A DNA stretch of 64,000 nt. It comes from Candidatus Poribacteria bacterium (GTDB taxonomy: Bacteria; Poribacteria; WGA-4E; WGA-3G). The notes below the pieces were generated by a model. It worked only from the letters and a program-made list of their open reading frames with translations. It did not search any database and was not told where the DNA came from. This document shows positions 19,729-29,512 of the stretch, one piece after another. Numbering within the stretch: the first letter of the stretch is position 1; each line of letters starts with the position of its first letter. Position numbers and translations under genes: made by a program. The stretch covers positions 992,001 through 1,056,000 of the forward strand of contig CAXXUA010000005.1 in assembly GCA_963663765.2 (NCBI GenBank). Reading direction: 5' to 3'.

Positions 19729-20532
19729 TCAATTCCAGCCAGCTAACTGCAAGTATTTGTCCCAAAGCGGATCACCCCATAACAGAACAACTATTGCAGC
19801 ACCAGCAAGAAAAGGCCCGTAAGGAATCGGACTTTTGCGGTTTTTCCTACCAGTTGCAATAAGCAGAGTTCCGATAACCGCGCCACTAAAGGCAGATAAC
19901 GCTATCACCAGAGGGAGCGCGGGAAAAGCACCGAGAAACAGACCGATGATCGCCATCAGTTTGACATCACCCATTCCCATTGCTTTTTTACGCATAATCG
20001 CACTACCGATAAACGCTATCAACCATAGCCCCAAACCACCTGCTAAAAAACCGATGAGTCGCATCTTTAAATAATCTATATCTTTACCTTGATATGCTAT
20101 GACTCCCACTATACCCAACCCAAGTGCTAATCCTGTGAGACTGATAGAATTTGGTATAATAAGGTGTTGTGCATCAATGACAAAAATCGGTATCAGCACA
20201 GATACAAAAAAGAGTGCATGCAGATAGTCAAGTGTCCATCCGAAATGGTAATACATCACGAGGAAGAGCACTGCAGTAACCAGTTCAACTATTGGATAGA
20301 TAGCAGAAATTTTCGCTTTGCAATGCCGACATTTTCCACGCAATAGCACATAACTCAATAGCGGAATGTTGTCATAAAACTTTATGGATTGATTACATTC
20401 GGGACAAAAGGAACGTCGCGGGGAATAAATAGATAAATCAGTACGGGGGATGCGGTAGATACAAACATTGAGGAAGCTGCCAATTGCCAAGCCTAACAGG
20501 AAAATGAGTATTTGTATCCAAATTTCGTCCAC
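19729..20532 (-). CDS. pilD: Prepilin peptidase / N-methyltransferase
   Basis: GSFLNVCIYRIP, CPEC, CRHC, MGMGDVKL, IPYGPFL. Confidence 0.95.
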   Translation of the reverse strand: MDEIWIQILIFLLGLAIGSFLNVCIYRIPRTDLSIYSPRRSFCPECNQSIKFYDNIPLLSYVLLRGKCRHCKAKISAIYPIVELVTAVLFLVMYYHFGWTLDYLHALFFVSVLIPIFVIDAQHLIIPNSISLTGLALGLGIVGVIAYQGKDIDYLKMRLIGFLAGGLGLWLIAFIGSAIMRKKAMGMGDVKLMAIIGLFLGAFPALPLVIALSAFSGAVIGTLLIATGRKNRKSPIPYGPFLAGAAIVVLLWGDPLWDKYLQLAGWN

Positions 20533-20535
20533 AGA

Positions 20536-20955
20536 TTACCACCAATACTTTTCACCTTGCGTTGCATCTACATGGTAAACCTTGCTAATTTCAGCGATTC
20601 CGCCTAAAAGGTATTTTGCTGGTACGCGGGGATGATCCTTCTCAATTGCGACTTTATAGTTTTCTTGTAACAGGATATAGTTGCCTCCCCAAGGTGTTTT
20701 TGGCACAGTTTCCAGATAGGCACCGCGCCATCCATCAATACTTGGATCGTTCACAAGTTGATCCAAACTGGCGGGATACGTTTGGGTGTGTCTATGGTAT
20801 TTCTTGATTGCGGTTGCTAAGATTTCAACGTCAACGTCTGCTTGGCTAACCTTACGATATTCAGACCAAGGCGGGTAAGACAACACCCCAATGACAATCA
20901 CCAGTGCAACCAAAATAATAAGTTTAATTATTGTTTTTCCCATGTTTCTATTCAT
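20536..20955 (-). CDS. GspG-like pseudopilin (T2SSG domain)
   Basis: N-terminal TM helix; YPASLDQLV, WRGAYLETVPKTPWG. Confidence 0.7.
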   Translation of the reverse strand: MNRNMGKTIIKLIILVALVIVIGVLSYPPWSEYRKVSQADVDVEILATAIKKYHRHTQTYPASLDQLVNDPSIDGWRGAYLETVPKTPWGGNYILLQENYKVAIEKDHPRVPAKYLLGGIAEISKVYHVDATQGEKYWW

Positions 20956-21019
20956 ATTCTATGGTTATCAGCAGTCGGTTTTCAGTTCTCGTTGTAATAA
21001 ATGCTATTTCATCAAGGTA

Positions 21020-22396
21020 TTATGCGTCTGGTCGAGAGATACTATATTTGTTCATTTTTTTATATAAATTGCTTCTTTCCACTTCCAACACATCTGCGGT
21101 TCTTCGTATATTCCAATCATTTTCATTCAAAGCCGCAAGAATACACTCCGCTTCGGCAGAATCAACCATAGAGCTCAACGGTGTGTTAGACTGATATGCA
21201 GTCGAAGCCTCCATTATCTGTGTAGCATCTTTATCAAGCGGTAAAACTTCGGCAACATCATTCGGCAAAATGATCTCTCTATTCACCATAATCAGGAGAC
21301 GTTCAACAATGTTTTTCAGTTCTCGGATGTTGCCAGGCCACTGGTAAGATTGGAGGACTTTGTATGCTTCAGATGCGAAAGTCTTTGGCGATGATCCCAT
21401 GTTCTTTTGTAATCGTTCTGAAAAGTACTTTACCAATAGTGGGATATCTTCAAATCGTTCCCGCAATGCTGGCACATCTATCGGTACAATTTTGAGACGG
21501 TAATATAGGTCATTTCGGAACAGTCCGCGCTCAATTTCTGCTGGTAAGTTTTTATTTGTAGCTGCGATAATGCGCACATCAACATTGCGAATTTGCTGGC
21601 TTCCGAGTCTCTCTACCTCACCGTATTCCAGCACGCGTAAGACTTTTGCCTGTGCCTTTAGGCTCATATCTCCGATCTCATCAAGGAAGAGCGTGCCACC
21701 GTCGGCAAGTTCAAAGCGTCCCTGTCGCATAGAGTCTGCACCTGTAAATGCGCCGCGTTCATGCCCAAACAGTTCGCTTTCAACGAGTTCTTCAGGTAGG
21801 GCTGCGCAGTTCAGTGGAATAATGGGTTTGTTTGCTCGTTTGCTGTATTGATGTATTGCGTTTGCTACCAGCTGCTTTCCTGTACCGTTTTCGCCCGATA
21901 TCAATACACCGAGGTTGCTTGTTGCGACTTGACGTATTTCTGCTCGGAGTTTATTCATATCGGCACTCTCACCGACCATTTCATCTTCAATGGTAATTTG
22001 TGTCTTCAGGATTTCATTTTCTTTGGCTAATCGAGAGAGTTCCAAAAACGGTTCTATGTTGGATAGGATTTTGTCCATACTGACCGGTTTTGTTACGTAT
22101 CGCTTTGCCCCGAGCTCCATCGTTTTGGCAGCGATTTCAATATCCTGTTGTGCTGACATCATTACTACATGTAACATGGGATGTTGAACTATCATTTTTT
22201 GTAACGTTTCAACGCCATCCATACCATTTTCCATCATGATGTCCAACAGTACGAGATCAATATCACGCGTAGTACAAAGTTGCAGTGCCTTTTCTCCACT
22301 CCCCGCAGTCAAGGTTTTGTACCCTTTGAGACTTAACCCTTGAGAAAGCATTTTTTGTATATTTTTTTCGTCATCTACAATGAGGATCGTATTCAT
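21020..22396 (-). CDS. sigma54-dependent response regulator (NtrX/NtrC-like)
   Basis: Receiver domain (ILIVDDE, LLDIMM), GENGTGK, GAFTGA, WPGNIREL, Fis-type HTH. Confidence 0.92.
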   Translation of the reverse strand: MNTILIVDDEKNIQKMLSQGLSLKGYKTLTAGSGEKALQLCTTRDIDLVLLDIMMENGMDGVETLQKMIVQHPMLHVVMMSAQQDIEIAAKTMELGAKRYVTKPVSMDKILSNIEPFLELSRLAKENEILKTQITIEDEMVGESADMNKLRAEIRQVATSNLGVLISGENGTGKQLVANAIHQYSKRANKPIIPLNCAALPEELVESELFGHERGAFTGADSMRQGRFELADGGTLFLDEIGDMSLKAQAKVLRVLEYGEVERLGSQQIRNVDVRIIAATNKNLPAEIERGLFRNDLYYRLKIVPIDVPALRERFEDIPLLVKYFSERLQKNMGSSPKTFASEAYKVLQSYQWPGNIRELKNIVERLLIMVNREIILPNDVAEVLPLDKDATQIMEASTAYQSNTPLSSMVDSAEAECILAALNENDWNIRRTADVLEVERSNLYKKMNKYSISRPDA

Positions 22397-22452
22397 ATTT
22401 TCACCTCAAAATTTGGAAGAGTCAATTGTTTTTACTCACGCCGCTCAAGTTT

Positions 22453-24408
22453 CTATTCCTGTGGAATTGATTTTGTTATCAGAGGAATTATTGCAGGTTG
22501 TGTATCATTTAGGTATGAAGTTTCATCAAAAGTGATACATATTTTTGTTCCGACTTTCAGTTTCGATTCTACCGCTATTTCCCCGCCGTGAACGGTAATA
22601 ATTCGGCGAACTATTGCCATACCGAGTCCAGTGCCATAAGACTTTGTGGTGTAGTCTGGGGTAAAAAGATTTTTTCGTGTTTCTTCAGACATGCCGTGTC
22701 CAGTATCTTGAACTTCCAACGAGATATACCTGCCATTATTCGCTTTGGCATTGTTCTGATTTTGTTTCTCAGCATTGTTAACCACGTTTGCTTCAGCTAT
22801 TGGTTTCGCATAAGTCCGTAAGATAAGTGTTCCTCCATCTGACATTGCTTCAATTGCATTCTTTACAATGTTGCCGACAGCGCGTTCCATTTGTTCGCTA
22901 TCTAAGGAAAGGGATGGTAAGTTGTCTAAATGTCTTTCAACTGTAATCTTTTGATTTTGAGATAATTTTGTGTATAACTTTAAAACGGCTTCTACAATAT
23001 CGTTCAGATTTACTGGTTGTCGGTCAGGAACGGGTAATCGTGCATATTGGTGGAACTCATCTATTAGTCCGCGTATCCGGTCAACTTCTTCAATAATTGT
23101 TTCGGTGCATTCTTCAAAGATGTTATCAAAGATTTCGGGTTTGTTTTTTGCGGCTTGCAAGTTCTCAACGGATAGTCGAATTGGAAATAAGGGGTTTTTA
23201 ACTTCATGTGCAAGTTGCCGTGCGACGTCGCGCCACACCGCGATCCTTTCCGCTGTTCTGTGTTCCTCCAAACTTCGCTTTAATGCGAGTGCCATCTTAT
23301 TAATTCCATCTGCAAGTTCACCGACCTCTCCCTTTGATTGAACGGCAATTTGATGTGTAAGATTACCTGCGCCGATCTCACCAACACCTTGCTGGAGTTG
23401 TGCGATGGGTCGTGTTATCCGTCTACTGACAAGGTAGCTGCTGAGGTATACAAGGATCGCACCAGCGCCGACACTCCAGAGAATAATCATGCGCATGCGA
23501 GCTTGCCACAAAATACGGTCATCATGAGAATAGGCAAGAATCAGTTCTACAAATGGGAGTTGATTTGTTTCCGATAAAGGTGTGCTTAGTATGTCAGCAC
23601 GAACAACTGTGTAAGTCGGGCTGCGGCGTTCCTCCACTGGGACTTCAGTGGATAGTTGTTGTGGAATATCCTCTAAAGAGACAACCAAATCCTCAACAGG
23701 TTTTCCAGCTGCTGCGTAAGCTTCCATTTGCTGTTCCCATACATCTTTTAACTCCAATCTATTCCCCGCGATATTGTTCAAGGGTATCCACTCCTCTTGT
23801 TCGTCCTTTTTTCGCACCAGAAAAATTGGATGTTCTGCGGGTTGGCTCAGCAGTTCGCCTTCTAACCATTTTTGTAGCGATCTTCCACCTGTGACAAAAC
23901 CCCAATCCCACCACCATGTCACTTCAACGACCAACTGTGGTTCCTCACCCGATTTGATCACCCGTTCACGAATCGTCCCTTTTCCCTCCTTGATTACATC
24001 ATCTATTTTATCATTTGCTATCTCATGAATTTTGTACCCGATGCGTTCTTCGTCTATCCGCTTGCTGAGTACCAATATTCCCTCATCATTACCACATTCA
24101 AAAACATCAAAATTTGTTGTGGGTATATCCCTACTGCCGCCTCGTTCTGCTCTTCGCATTGCATTATACACACTGCGGTCTTCACCTATTGCTTTTACCT
24201 CGTTGCGAATAGATTCAACGAATAGCGTATACAAATTGGTAATTGTTGCTTTTCGTTCTACGACATCCTTACCCAATTGTTCACTAAAAGTACGGTCTAT
24301 GAGAAGACTGGCGATCCCAAACATGACTGCGAACATAATTACAAACACAAAACTATAGGTAAAGAAAATCTTGTTTTGAAGCCGAAGCGAGGACAACCTG
24401 TTGATCAT
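22453..24408 (-). CDS. HAMP sensor histidine kinase (NtrY-like)
   Basis: Two TM helices, HAMP, WRDVARQLAHEVKNPL H-box, NAIEAM, DTGHG, GTGLGMAI. Confidence 0.9.
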   Translation of the reverse strand: MINRLSSLRLQNKIFFTYSFVFVIMFAVMFGIASLLIDRTFSEQLGKDVVERKATITNLYTLFVESIRNEVKAIGEDRSVYNAMRRAERGGSRDIPTTNFDVFECGNDEGILVLSKRIDEERIGYKIHEIANDKIDDVIKEGKGTIRERVIKSGEEPQLVVEVTWWWDWGFVTGGRSLQKWLEGELLSQPAEHPIFLVRKKDEQEEWIPLNNIAGNRLELKDVWEQQMEAYAAAGKPVEDLVVSLEDIPQQLSTEVPVEERRSPTYTVVRADILSTPLSETNQLPFVELILAYSHDDRILWQARMRMIILWSVGAGAILVYLSSYLVSRRITRPIAQLQQGVGEIGAGNLTHQIAVQSKGEVGELADGINKMALALKRSLEEHRTAERIAVWRDVARQLAHEVKNPLFPIRLSVENLQAAKNKPEIFDNIFEECTETIIEEVDRIRGLIDEFHQYARLPVPDRQPVNLNDIVEAVLKLYTKLSQNQKITVERHLDNLPSLSLDSEQMERAVGNIVKNAIEAMSDGGTLILRTYAKPIAEANVVNNAEKQNQNNAKANNGRYISLEVQDTGHGMSEETRKNLFTPDYTTKSYGTGLGMAIVRRIITVHGGEIAVESKLKVGTKICITFDETSYLNDTQPAIIPLITKSIPQE

Positions 24409-24489
24409 ATTTCAGCATATAAATGTCTGTCTTGCGTTCCGTAGGAACGATATGTGTATTACAATGACGTAACTATAGAAATATCGACC

Positions 24490-25923
24490 CTAATGTTTCT
24501 TCATGCTGCGCGCGATTTCTTCGGTGCGTTTTTTATATCCTTCAACCGCTGATTGATGATAGGTCAACTCTTCCGCAAGCGTCTGAACGCCATCGGTAAG
24601 GTGTAAATCCTGTAATCGACCTTTCACCGCAACTGTATCCATGAAGGTTCGCATTAATTGACATACATTCCGAGTGTCACGGTGTGGCAGCGTTAGTGTC
24701 ACATTCGGAATGTCATTATCGGTAAAATCCATTTCAGTGCCACGGTAAGATGCAGTTTGACTATCGTTCATTGGCAGTCCTTCAAACGCTTCTAATCCTT
24801 TTCCTTCATTTACACTTGGGATTGTTAGGTCTGAACCGAGGTCTTCCCAATGGATAAAAATAACTGCCTTGTCCTTTGGTCCAGCGAGAATTCCGTTGAG
24901 TATAGAGTGATTACTTGTCGGACCTTTCGCGGCAATCACGTTGGAACCGATGCCGCGCTCCTGAATAGATTCGGTATAGAGTTGTACAAACCACTCTCCA
25001 AGTCTGGTGTTGTCTGCATAGTTATAGAAAACGATGCTACCAGCCCCGTAGTATTTCTCTACAGAGTCAAGCCATAGCGCAAGATGGTATGCGGTGTTGT
25101 AGGGATGTGTATAGGGTAACTGAAAATTCTTATCTGCCTGCTGGACACCCTCAACCGCTGCATTTATCCTCTCCTTCGGTGTCTCTCCTGCATCTGCTGT
25201 CATCGCCAAAAAGAATAAACCGACAGGTGAAAAGGCGGAGAAGCGACCACCGACTCCCTCTGGTACGGGCAGCACACCGTATAATTCAGAATCTTGGTGT
25301 AATTGATAGAGAAGGCTTTTCGTTGTCAATCCGGTCGTTGCAATAATCTGTTTTCGCCAGTTCACAACCTCCTTCTGGAGTCTGTCCTTGATAATCATTA
25401 GCGTTGCGAGCGTTTCGCCAGTTTTCCCTGATTTGCTAATCACATTGAAAAGCGTTTTTGAGAGTAAGTTTCGGGACTTTAACATCTCAAGCAATGCTTC
25501 AAGCCGTATCGGATCAAAGGTATCCCCTGTAAAATATACCTCTGGCGAATCACCTCTTTCAGCACTTGACATTAGATTGTGATACGGATGATTAGCGATT
25601 TCGTGGAACACGCGTGCACTCAAATCTGAACCCCCGATACCAACGGTCACAAGCACCGAGAAATCGTTGCTCGCTTTAGTAGACAGTTCCAGCACATCTT
25701 GAATATGTTCTGATTGGAGATGACTACGTGTCCATGCTCTTAGATGCTGTTCTAATACGGACAGTGGAGCATCTTCCTCCTCCCTGAACAGCGTCTGAAT
25801 TGTCTCCAAACGTTCATCAACCAACGGTTCTTCATTTTCTGCCTCTGTTTCTGCACAGACAAGCATTTTCAGTCTTATACCTGAATCGTCTCCAAACTCT
25901 ATCTGTTTTACCTCTGAATTCAT
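24490..25923 (-). CDS. pgi: Glucose-6-phosphate isomerase
   Basis: GIGGSDL, VISKSGKTGET, VGGRFS, QLYTES, C-terminal QSAVEGYK. Confidence 0.9.
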   Translation of the reverse strand: MNSEVKQIEFGDDSGIRLKMLVCAETEAENEEPLVDERLETIQTLFREEEDAPLSVLEQHLRAWTRSHLQSEHIQDVLELSTKASNDFSVLVTVGIGGSDLSARVFHEIANHPYHNLMSSAERGDSPEVYFTGDTFDPIRLEALLEMLKSRNLLSKTLFNVISKSGKTGETLATLMIIKDRLQKEVVNWRKQIIATTGLTTKSLLYQLHQDSELYGVLPVPEGVGGRFSAFSPVGLFFLAMTADAGETPKERINAAVEGVQQADKNFQLPYTHPYNTAYHLALWLDSVEKYYGAGSIVFYNYADNTRLGEWFVQLYTESIQERGIGSNVIAAKGPTSNHSILNGILAGPKDKAVIFIHWEDLGSDLTIPSVNEGKGLEAFEGLPMNDSQTASYRGTEMDFTDNDIPNVTLTLPHRDTRNVCQLMRTFMDTVAVKGRLQDLHLTDGVQTLAEELTYHQSAVEGYKKRTEEIARSMKKH

Positions 25924-25954
25924 TTATATTTACCTAATTTCTACCAAATTCTTA

Positions 25955-26332
25955 CTATTTTGTTCTTCCATATATGTCATCAATTCGGACAATGTCTTCC
26001 TCATCAAAGTTCCCATAAGCGATTTCCAATCTCCTGTAATCTTGGTCTTCACTAATAAGCTGATGTCTTGTCCCTTGGGGAATAAAGACTGCTTCCATCG
26101 GATTAGGATGAAGCATCTCTTCCGCAAGTCAAATACATGCACCTTCGTCAAGAGGTATCCACAATTCACTACGATGATGGTGGTATTAATAACTCAACTG
26201 TTCGCCAGCGTGTAACTCCAATATCTTGACGGTTACTGGTTGGTTATGGACGTACTGTGAAAAACGTCCCCAAGGTTTTTCGGCTTTCAATATCGCTACT
26301 AACACTTTGTTCGGGTCTTTTATAGAAGGCAT
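25955..26332 (-). pseudogene. Cupin-type mannose-6-phosphate isomerase pseudogene
   Basis: One frame reads KPWG...EQLSY*YHHHRSELW...ACI*L...FIPQGTRHQL...LEIAYGNFDEEDIVRIDDIYGR, with in-frame stops at 26186-88 (TAA) and 26129-31 (TGA). Confidence 0.85.
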
Positions 26333-26450
26333 CTGTTCTACCGTGCGGGGTCGGAAAAACCAGCGTTTTTTCTGTAATAGTTTAGCACACTTGAAAAGGT
26401 AAGACAAGGAGAAAAAATGTATAGTAAAGTTTTGGAATGTGTCTTGTCAG

Positions 26451-26551
26451 GGACACGCTTACAAAGCATGCCTACCATCGGGGGTGCGCTTACAAAGCAC
26501 GTCTAACATGTGAGAAATATTTTTGACCGAATTAATAACTTAATCTTCATA
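26451..26551 (-). mobile_element. MITE family B end with two tandem REP units
   Basis: Minus strand TATGAAGATTAAGTTATTAATTCGG...GTGCTTTGTAAGCGCACCCCCGATGGTAGGCATGCTTTGTAAGCG; homologous to 48695-48860. Confidence 0.75.
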
Positions 26552-26710
26552 CGGGACTAAAAACCGATGTTCATGTTTCAATAAACTAAAATTGATATAT
26601 AAGGTGCAGTTAGAAAACTTTATCTACAGCAATTAGATATTAACTTTCAGTAAATCTAAATAACGGAAAACTCATAAAACTAAATATCCCCTGCCATACC
26701 TAAAAAAGTT

Positions 26711-26739
26711 TTGACAAAAACGTTTTAATTTGATACTAT
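26711..26739 (+). promoter_or_regulatory. sigma70-like promoter, probably producing a leaderless mRNA
   Basis: TTGACA-17 bp-TACTAT ending 8 bp before GTG 26748; no Shine-Dalgarno. Confidence 0.6.
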
Positions 26740-26747
26740 ATTTTTAA

Positions 26748-27176
26748 GTGTATTGTTACGATTATCCACGCCCTTCAGTTACTGTTGATATTGTGCTGCT
26801 GACGGATGTGACTCAGAATCCAAAGGTCTTGTTAATTCGTCGGAAGAATTCGCCATTTAAGGACTATTGGGCACTCCCGGGTGGTTTTTTGGATATGTGC
26901 GAAACGCTTGAGGAGAGTGCTCGCCGCGAATTGCACGAGGAAACTCGTATATCAGACGTCCAGTTGACACAGATAGGTGCATTTGGAAATCCTGATCGGG
27001 ATCCACGCGGGCGTGTAGTAACTATCGCTTTTGTTGGGATTGTGAGTTCCGAACAACAAAAAGCCGTAGCCGGTTCCGATGCTGTAGCCGTTGCTTGGTT
27101 TTCAATATCAGATTTGCCACAACTCGCCTTTGACCATGAGCAGATTATTCAAGATACATTAGCAGGATTAGAATGA
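26748..27176 (+). CDS. NUDIX hydrolase (ADP-ribose pyrophosphatase/NrtR N-domain-like)
   Basis: WALPGGF...SARRELHEET Nudix box, RDPRGR, LAFDH. Confidence 0.9.
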   Translation: MYCYDYPRPSVTVDIVLLTDVTQNPKVLLIRRKNSPFKDYWALPGGFLDMCETLEESARRELHEETRISDVQLTQIGAFGNPDRDPRGRVVTIAFVGIVSSEQQKAVAGSDAVAVAWFSISDLPQLAFDHEQIIQDTLAGLE

Positions 27177-27505
27177 AACATTACGGGTTAACATTGAACC
27201 TAAAGGATGACCCAGAGTTAATTGAAAAATATAAAGCGTATCACAGAAATGCGTGGCAAGAAACATTGATTGGTCTGAAAGCGGTCGGTATTACGAAAAT
27301 GAACATTTACCTGTTAGGTAGGCGTTTATTTATGGCGATGGAAACCGTTGATACATTTGAGTTAAAACGCGACTTTCCCCGCTATCTTGAGCAACATCCG
27401 AAGTGCAAAGAATGGGATGCATTAATGCGGACTTTTCAGGAACCTGTAGAAGGTGCGCAAGCGGATGAATGGTGGGCATTGATGGAACCTGTGTTTGAAC
27501 TGTAA
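27173..27505 (+). CDS. L-rhamnose/L-fucose mutarotase family protein
   Basis: IEKYKAYH, GITKMNIY, EWDALM, WWALMEPVF. Confidence 0.85.
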   Translation: MKHYGLTLNLKDDPELIEKYKAYHRNAWQETLIGLKAVGITKMNIYLLGRRLFMAMETVDTFELKRDFPRYLEQHPKCKEWDALMRTFQEPVEGAQADEWWALMEPVFEL

Positions 27506-27555
27506 TACCGCAGTAAAAACAAACTTGTGTATAAGATTAAGAGTGGGATCGTATA

Positions 27556-28500
27556 TTGGAAAAAGCAATGAATATTAATTACGACTACATCGCATTCAGC
27601 GGTAGACTTTCAGATAACAGATGGACTCTTGGGATGAAAGCGCTTCAAGGCGAAGTGCCACTGGACATCGTCTTTCCGAGTTTGCAGTCTTCTATAGATC
27701 CTGACGATCAGGACATAATAGGGGTTTTAACGAGAGAAGGCACATCAAGAGAAAGTACGGATGTGATGGAGCTCTACCGTTACCTTCGGCAGTTAAACCC
27801 GAAATCAAATCAAGCATTCGGTTTCAATGAGATTGTGATACGTAATATCCATTCCCGATTAAACTTATTAAAGGTTGATGAAGAACTCCGCGTCCAAATC
27901 AGTTTTTCCGAGCGTAAAGAAAACTATATCTCATCTACATATAACATCAAATTATTAGGTATTTTCCCGATTACGCCTCCCGAATCATCTGAACCGATAG
28001 ATGATATTCCAGAAGAACCAGAAATTGAAATAGAAAAACCTGATGATAACACCCAAGATATGGTTGAGGTTGAAAATGAAGATGAAGATGAAGATGAAGA
28101 TTCAACTGTTATTCCTACAAGTTTCCCACCTACAGATCCAGATATACCTGTCTATAAAACCACAAATACGTTGGAAAAAATAATCGTTTTTGCACGTACG
28201 CTGCAAACTGAGTTAGATGAGGCGAAGCGGACGATCACATCAATGTCAGAAAAAATTCAATTTTTGGAGAATGACAAAGTTCGTCACCAGGAACTTGAAA
28301 GTTTGCTCCAAGCTATTTATGATCGTCTTAACCACTTAGAGAATTTTGATAGGCGTATTGGTTTGCTTGAAAATGACCGTCATCAACTCAGCCACTTAAG
28401 ACAGACCTTAGCAAAATACTACAAGACCACCAATAGGCAAACACAGGCGTTGCTCAACGAGGTTGGTGTTGAATCTGAAGATCCCAATATAGATAGTTAA
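27556..28500 (+). CDS. Hypothetical protein with acidic linker and C-terminal coiled coil
   Basis: Long ORF; ENEDEDEDED tract; heptad-rich C-terminus; start possibly ATG 27568. Confidence 0.65.
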   Translation: MEKAMNINYDYIAFSGRLSDNRWTLGMKALQGEVPLDIVFPSLQSSIDPDDQDIIGVLTREGTSRESTDVMELYRYLRQLNPKSNQAFGFNEIVIRNIHSRLNLLKVDEELRVQISFSERKENYISSTYNIKLLGIFPITPPESSEPIDDIPEEPEIEIEKPDDNTQDMVEVENEDEDEDEDSTVIPTSFPPTDPDIPVYKTTNTLEKIIVFARTLQTELDEAKRTITSMSEKIQFLENDKVRHQELESLLQAIYDRLNHLENFDRRIGLLENDRHQLSHLRQTLAKYYKTTNRQTQALLNEVGVESEDPNIDS

Positions 28501-28529
28501 CCCTTGATAAGAACATTCTAATCCGTTCT

Positions 28530-28641
28530 GGTAGGCGTGCTTTGTAAGTGTGCTGGTACATCAAGTTACAACAGCGCACTTACAAAGCACCAAATCAAGA
28601 AATCAACGGTATGAATGCCATTAAGGCATTCCCCGCCTACC
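28530..28641. repeat. Inverted REP doublet (REPIN-like) with element E in the right arm
   Basis: GGTAGGCGTGCTTTGTAAGTGTGC ... GCGCACTTACAAAGCAC[E 28591-28634]GCCTACC. Confidence 0.8.
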
Positions 28642-28688
28642 GGGACGGGTTAGGCATAAAAACGATACTATTGGAAAGGATTGTCCGC

Positions 28689-29489
28689 ATGATGAAAATA
28701 GGTACGATGTCCTTGAATGTAAGAGGTACAACTGCGACCCAATTTGCACAGATCGTGTATGATCTTGGTTTTGATGTTATTGAATTACATTACAGAGCGT
28801 TTGAATCCACTGATGCAAACTATTTACGTGATTTGAAGAAAGACCTTATGCGTAAAGGGCTGCCTCTGGGTTACATTGGTATCAGTAATAATTTCGGTAA
28901 ACCCATTGCTGAACATCCTGAACAGGTCGCGCTTATCAAAAAATGGATTGACGTTGCTGCTTTTATGAGTTGTCCCATAGTGCGAGTTTTTGCAGCTAAG
29001 GTGCCTGCGGATTGTGAAGATGAGGAAACGTTGTGGCAGCCGATGATTGAAGGCTTCAAAGAGGTTGCTGAATATGGCTATGAATCAGGGATTCTTGTTG
29101 GTCTGCAAAACCACAACCACGATAACATCACACGCGATGGGGACGCTGTTTTGCGTGCCTTGAATGAAACCGACCATCCATATTTCACACACATTTTAGA
29201 TACGGGACAATACGCGGGTTCACCCGGTGCAAGCGGAGAACAAGACGCATCACATCCCGATTACGACTGCTATTCAAGTATTGAAAAGACAGCACCTTAT
29301 GCTGTTTATGTTAGAACCAAGTTCTACGAGATTGATAGTGGCGTAGAGGAATGGTTAGACTATCCAAGGGTTTTGGAGATTTTGCGTGGTGTTGGCTATA
29401 ATGGTTGTCTGTCTGTCGTTTATGAGGGAAAATCTGATCCGATTGAATCAATGCGTAAAGCGAGAAGTTATTTGGAATCTTTGCTGTAA
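28689..29489 (+). CDS. Sugar phosphate isomerase/epimerase (xylose isomerase-like TIM barrel)
   Basis: GFDVIEL, IVRVFA, LQNHNH, ILDTG, GYNGCLSVVYEG. Start at MMKIG, since the upstream ORF extension is repeat DNA. Confidence 0.85.
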   Translation: MMKIGTMSLNVRGTTATQFAQIVYDLGFDVIELHYRAFESTDANYLRDLKKDLMRKGLPLGYIGISNNFGKPIAEHPEQVALIKKWIDVAAFMSCPIVRVFAAKVPADCEDEETLWQPMIEGFKEVAEYGYESGILVGLQNHNHDNITRDGDAVLRALNETDHPYFTHILDTGQYAGSPGASGEQDASHPDYDCYSSIEKTAPYAVYVRTKFYEIDSGVEEWLDYPRVLEILRGVGYNGCLSVVYEGKSDPIESMRKARSYLESLL

Positions 29490-29512
29490 ATTTGCATACC
29501 GTAGAGGTTAAT

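Noticed and set aside
25930-26407. ORF-track 79-aa and 73-aa proteins, or stop-codon recoding
   Set aside because: These are a fragment and an off-frame ORF of one pseudogene. TAA and TGA both act as normal stops throughout the window, so recoding is unsupported.
28548-28688. N-terminal extension of the TIM-barrel ORF
   Set aside because: It is translated REP/element E sequence; the real start is ATG 28689/28692.
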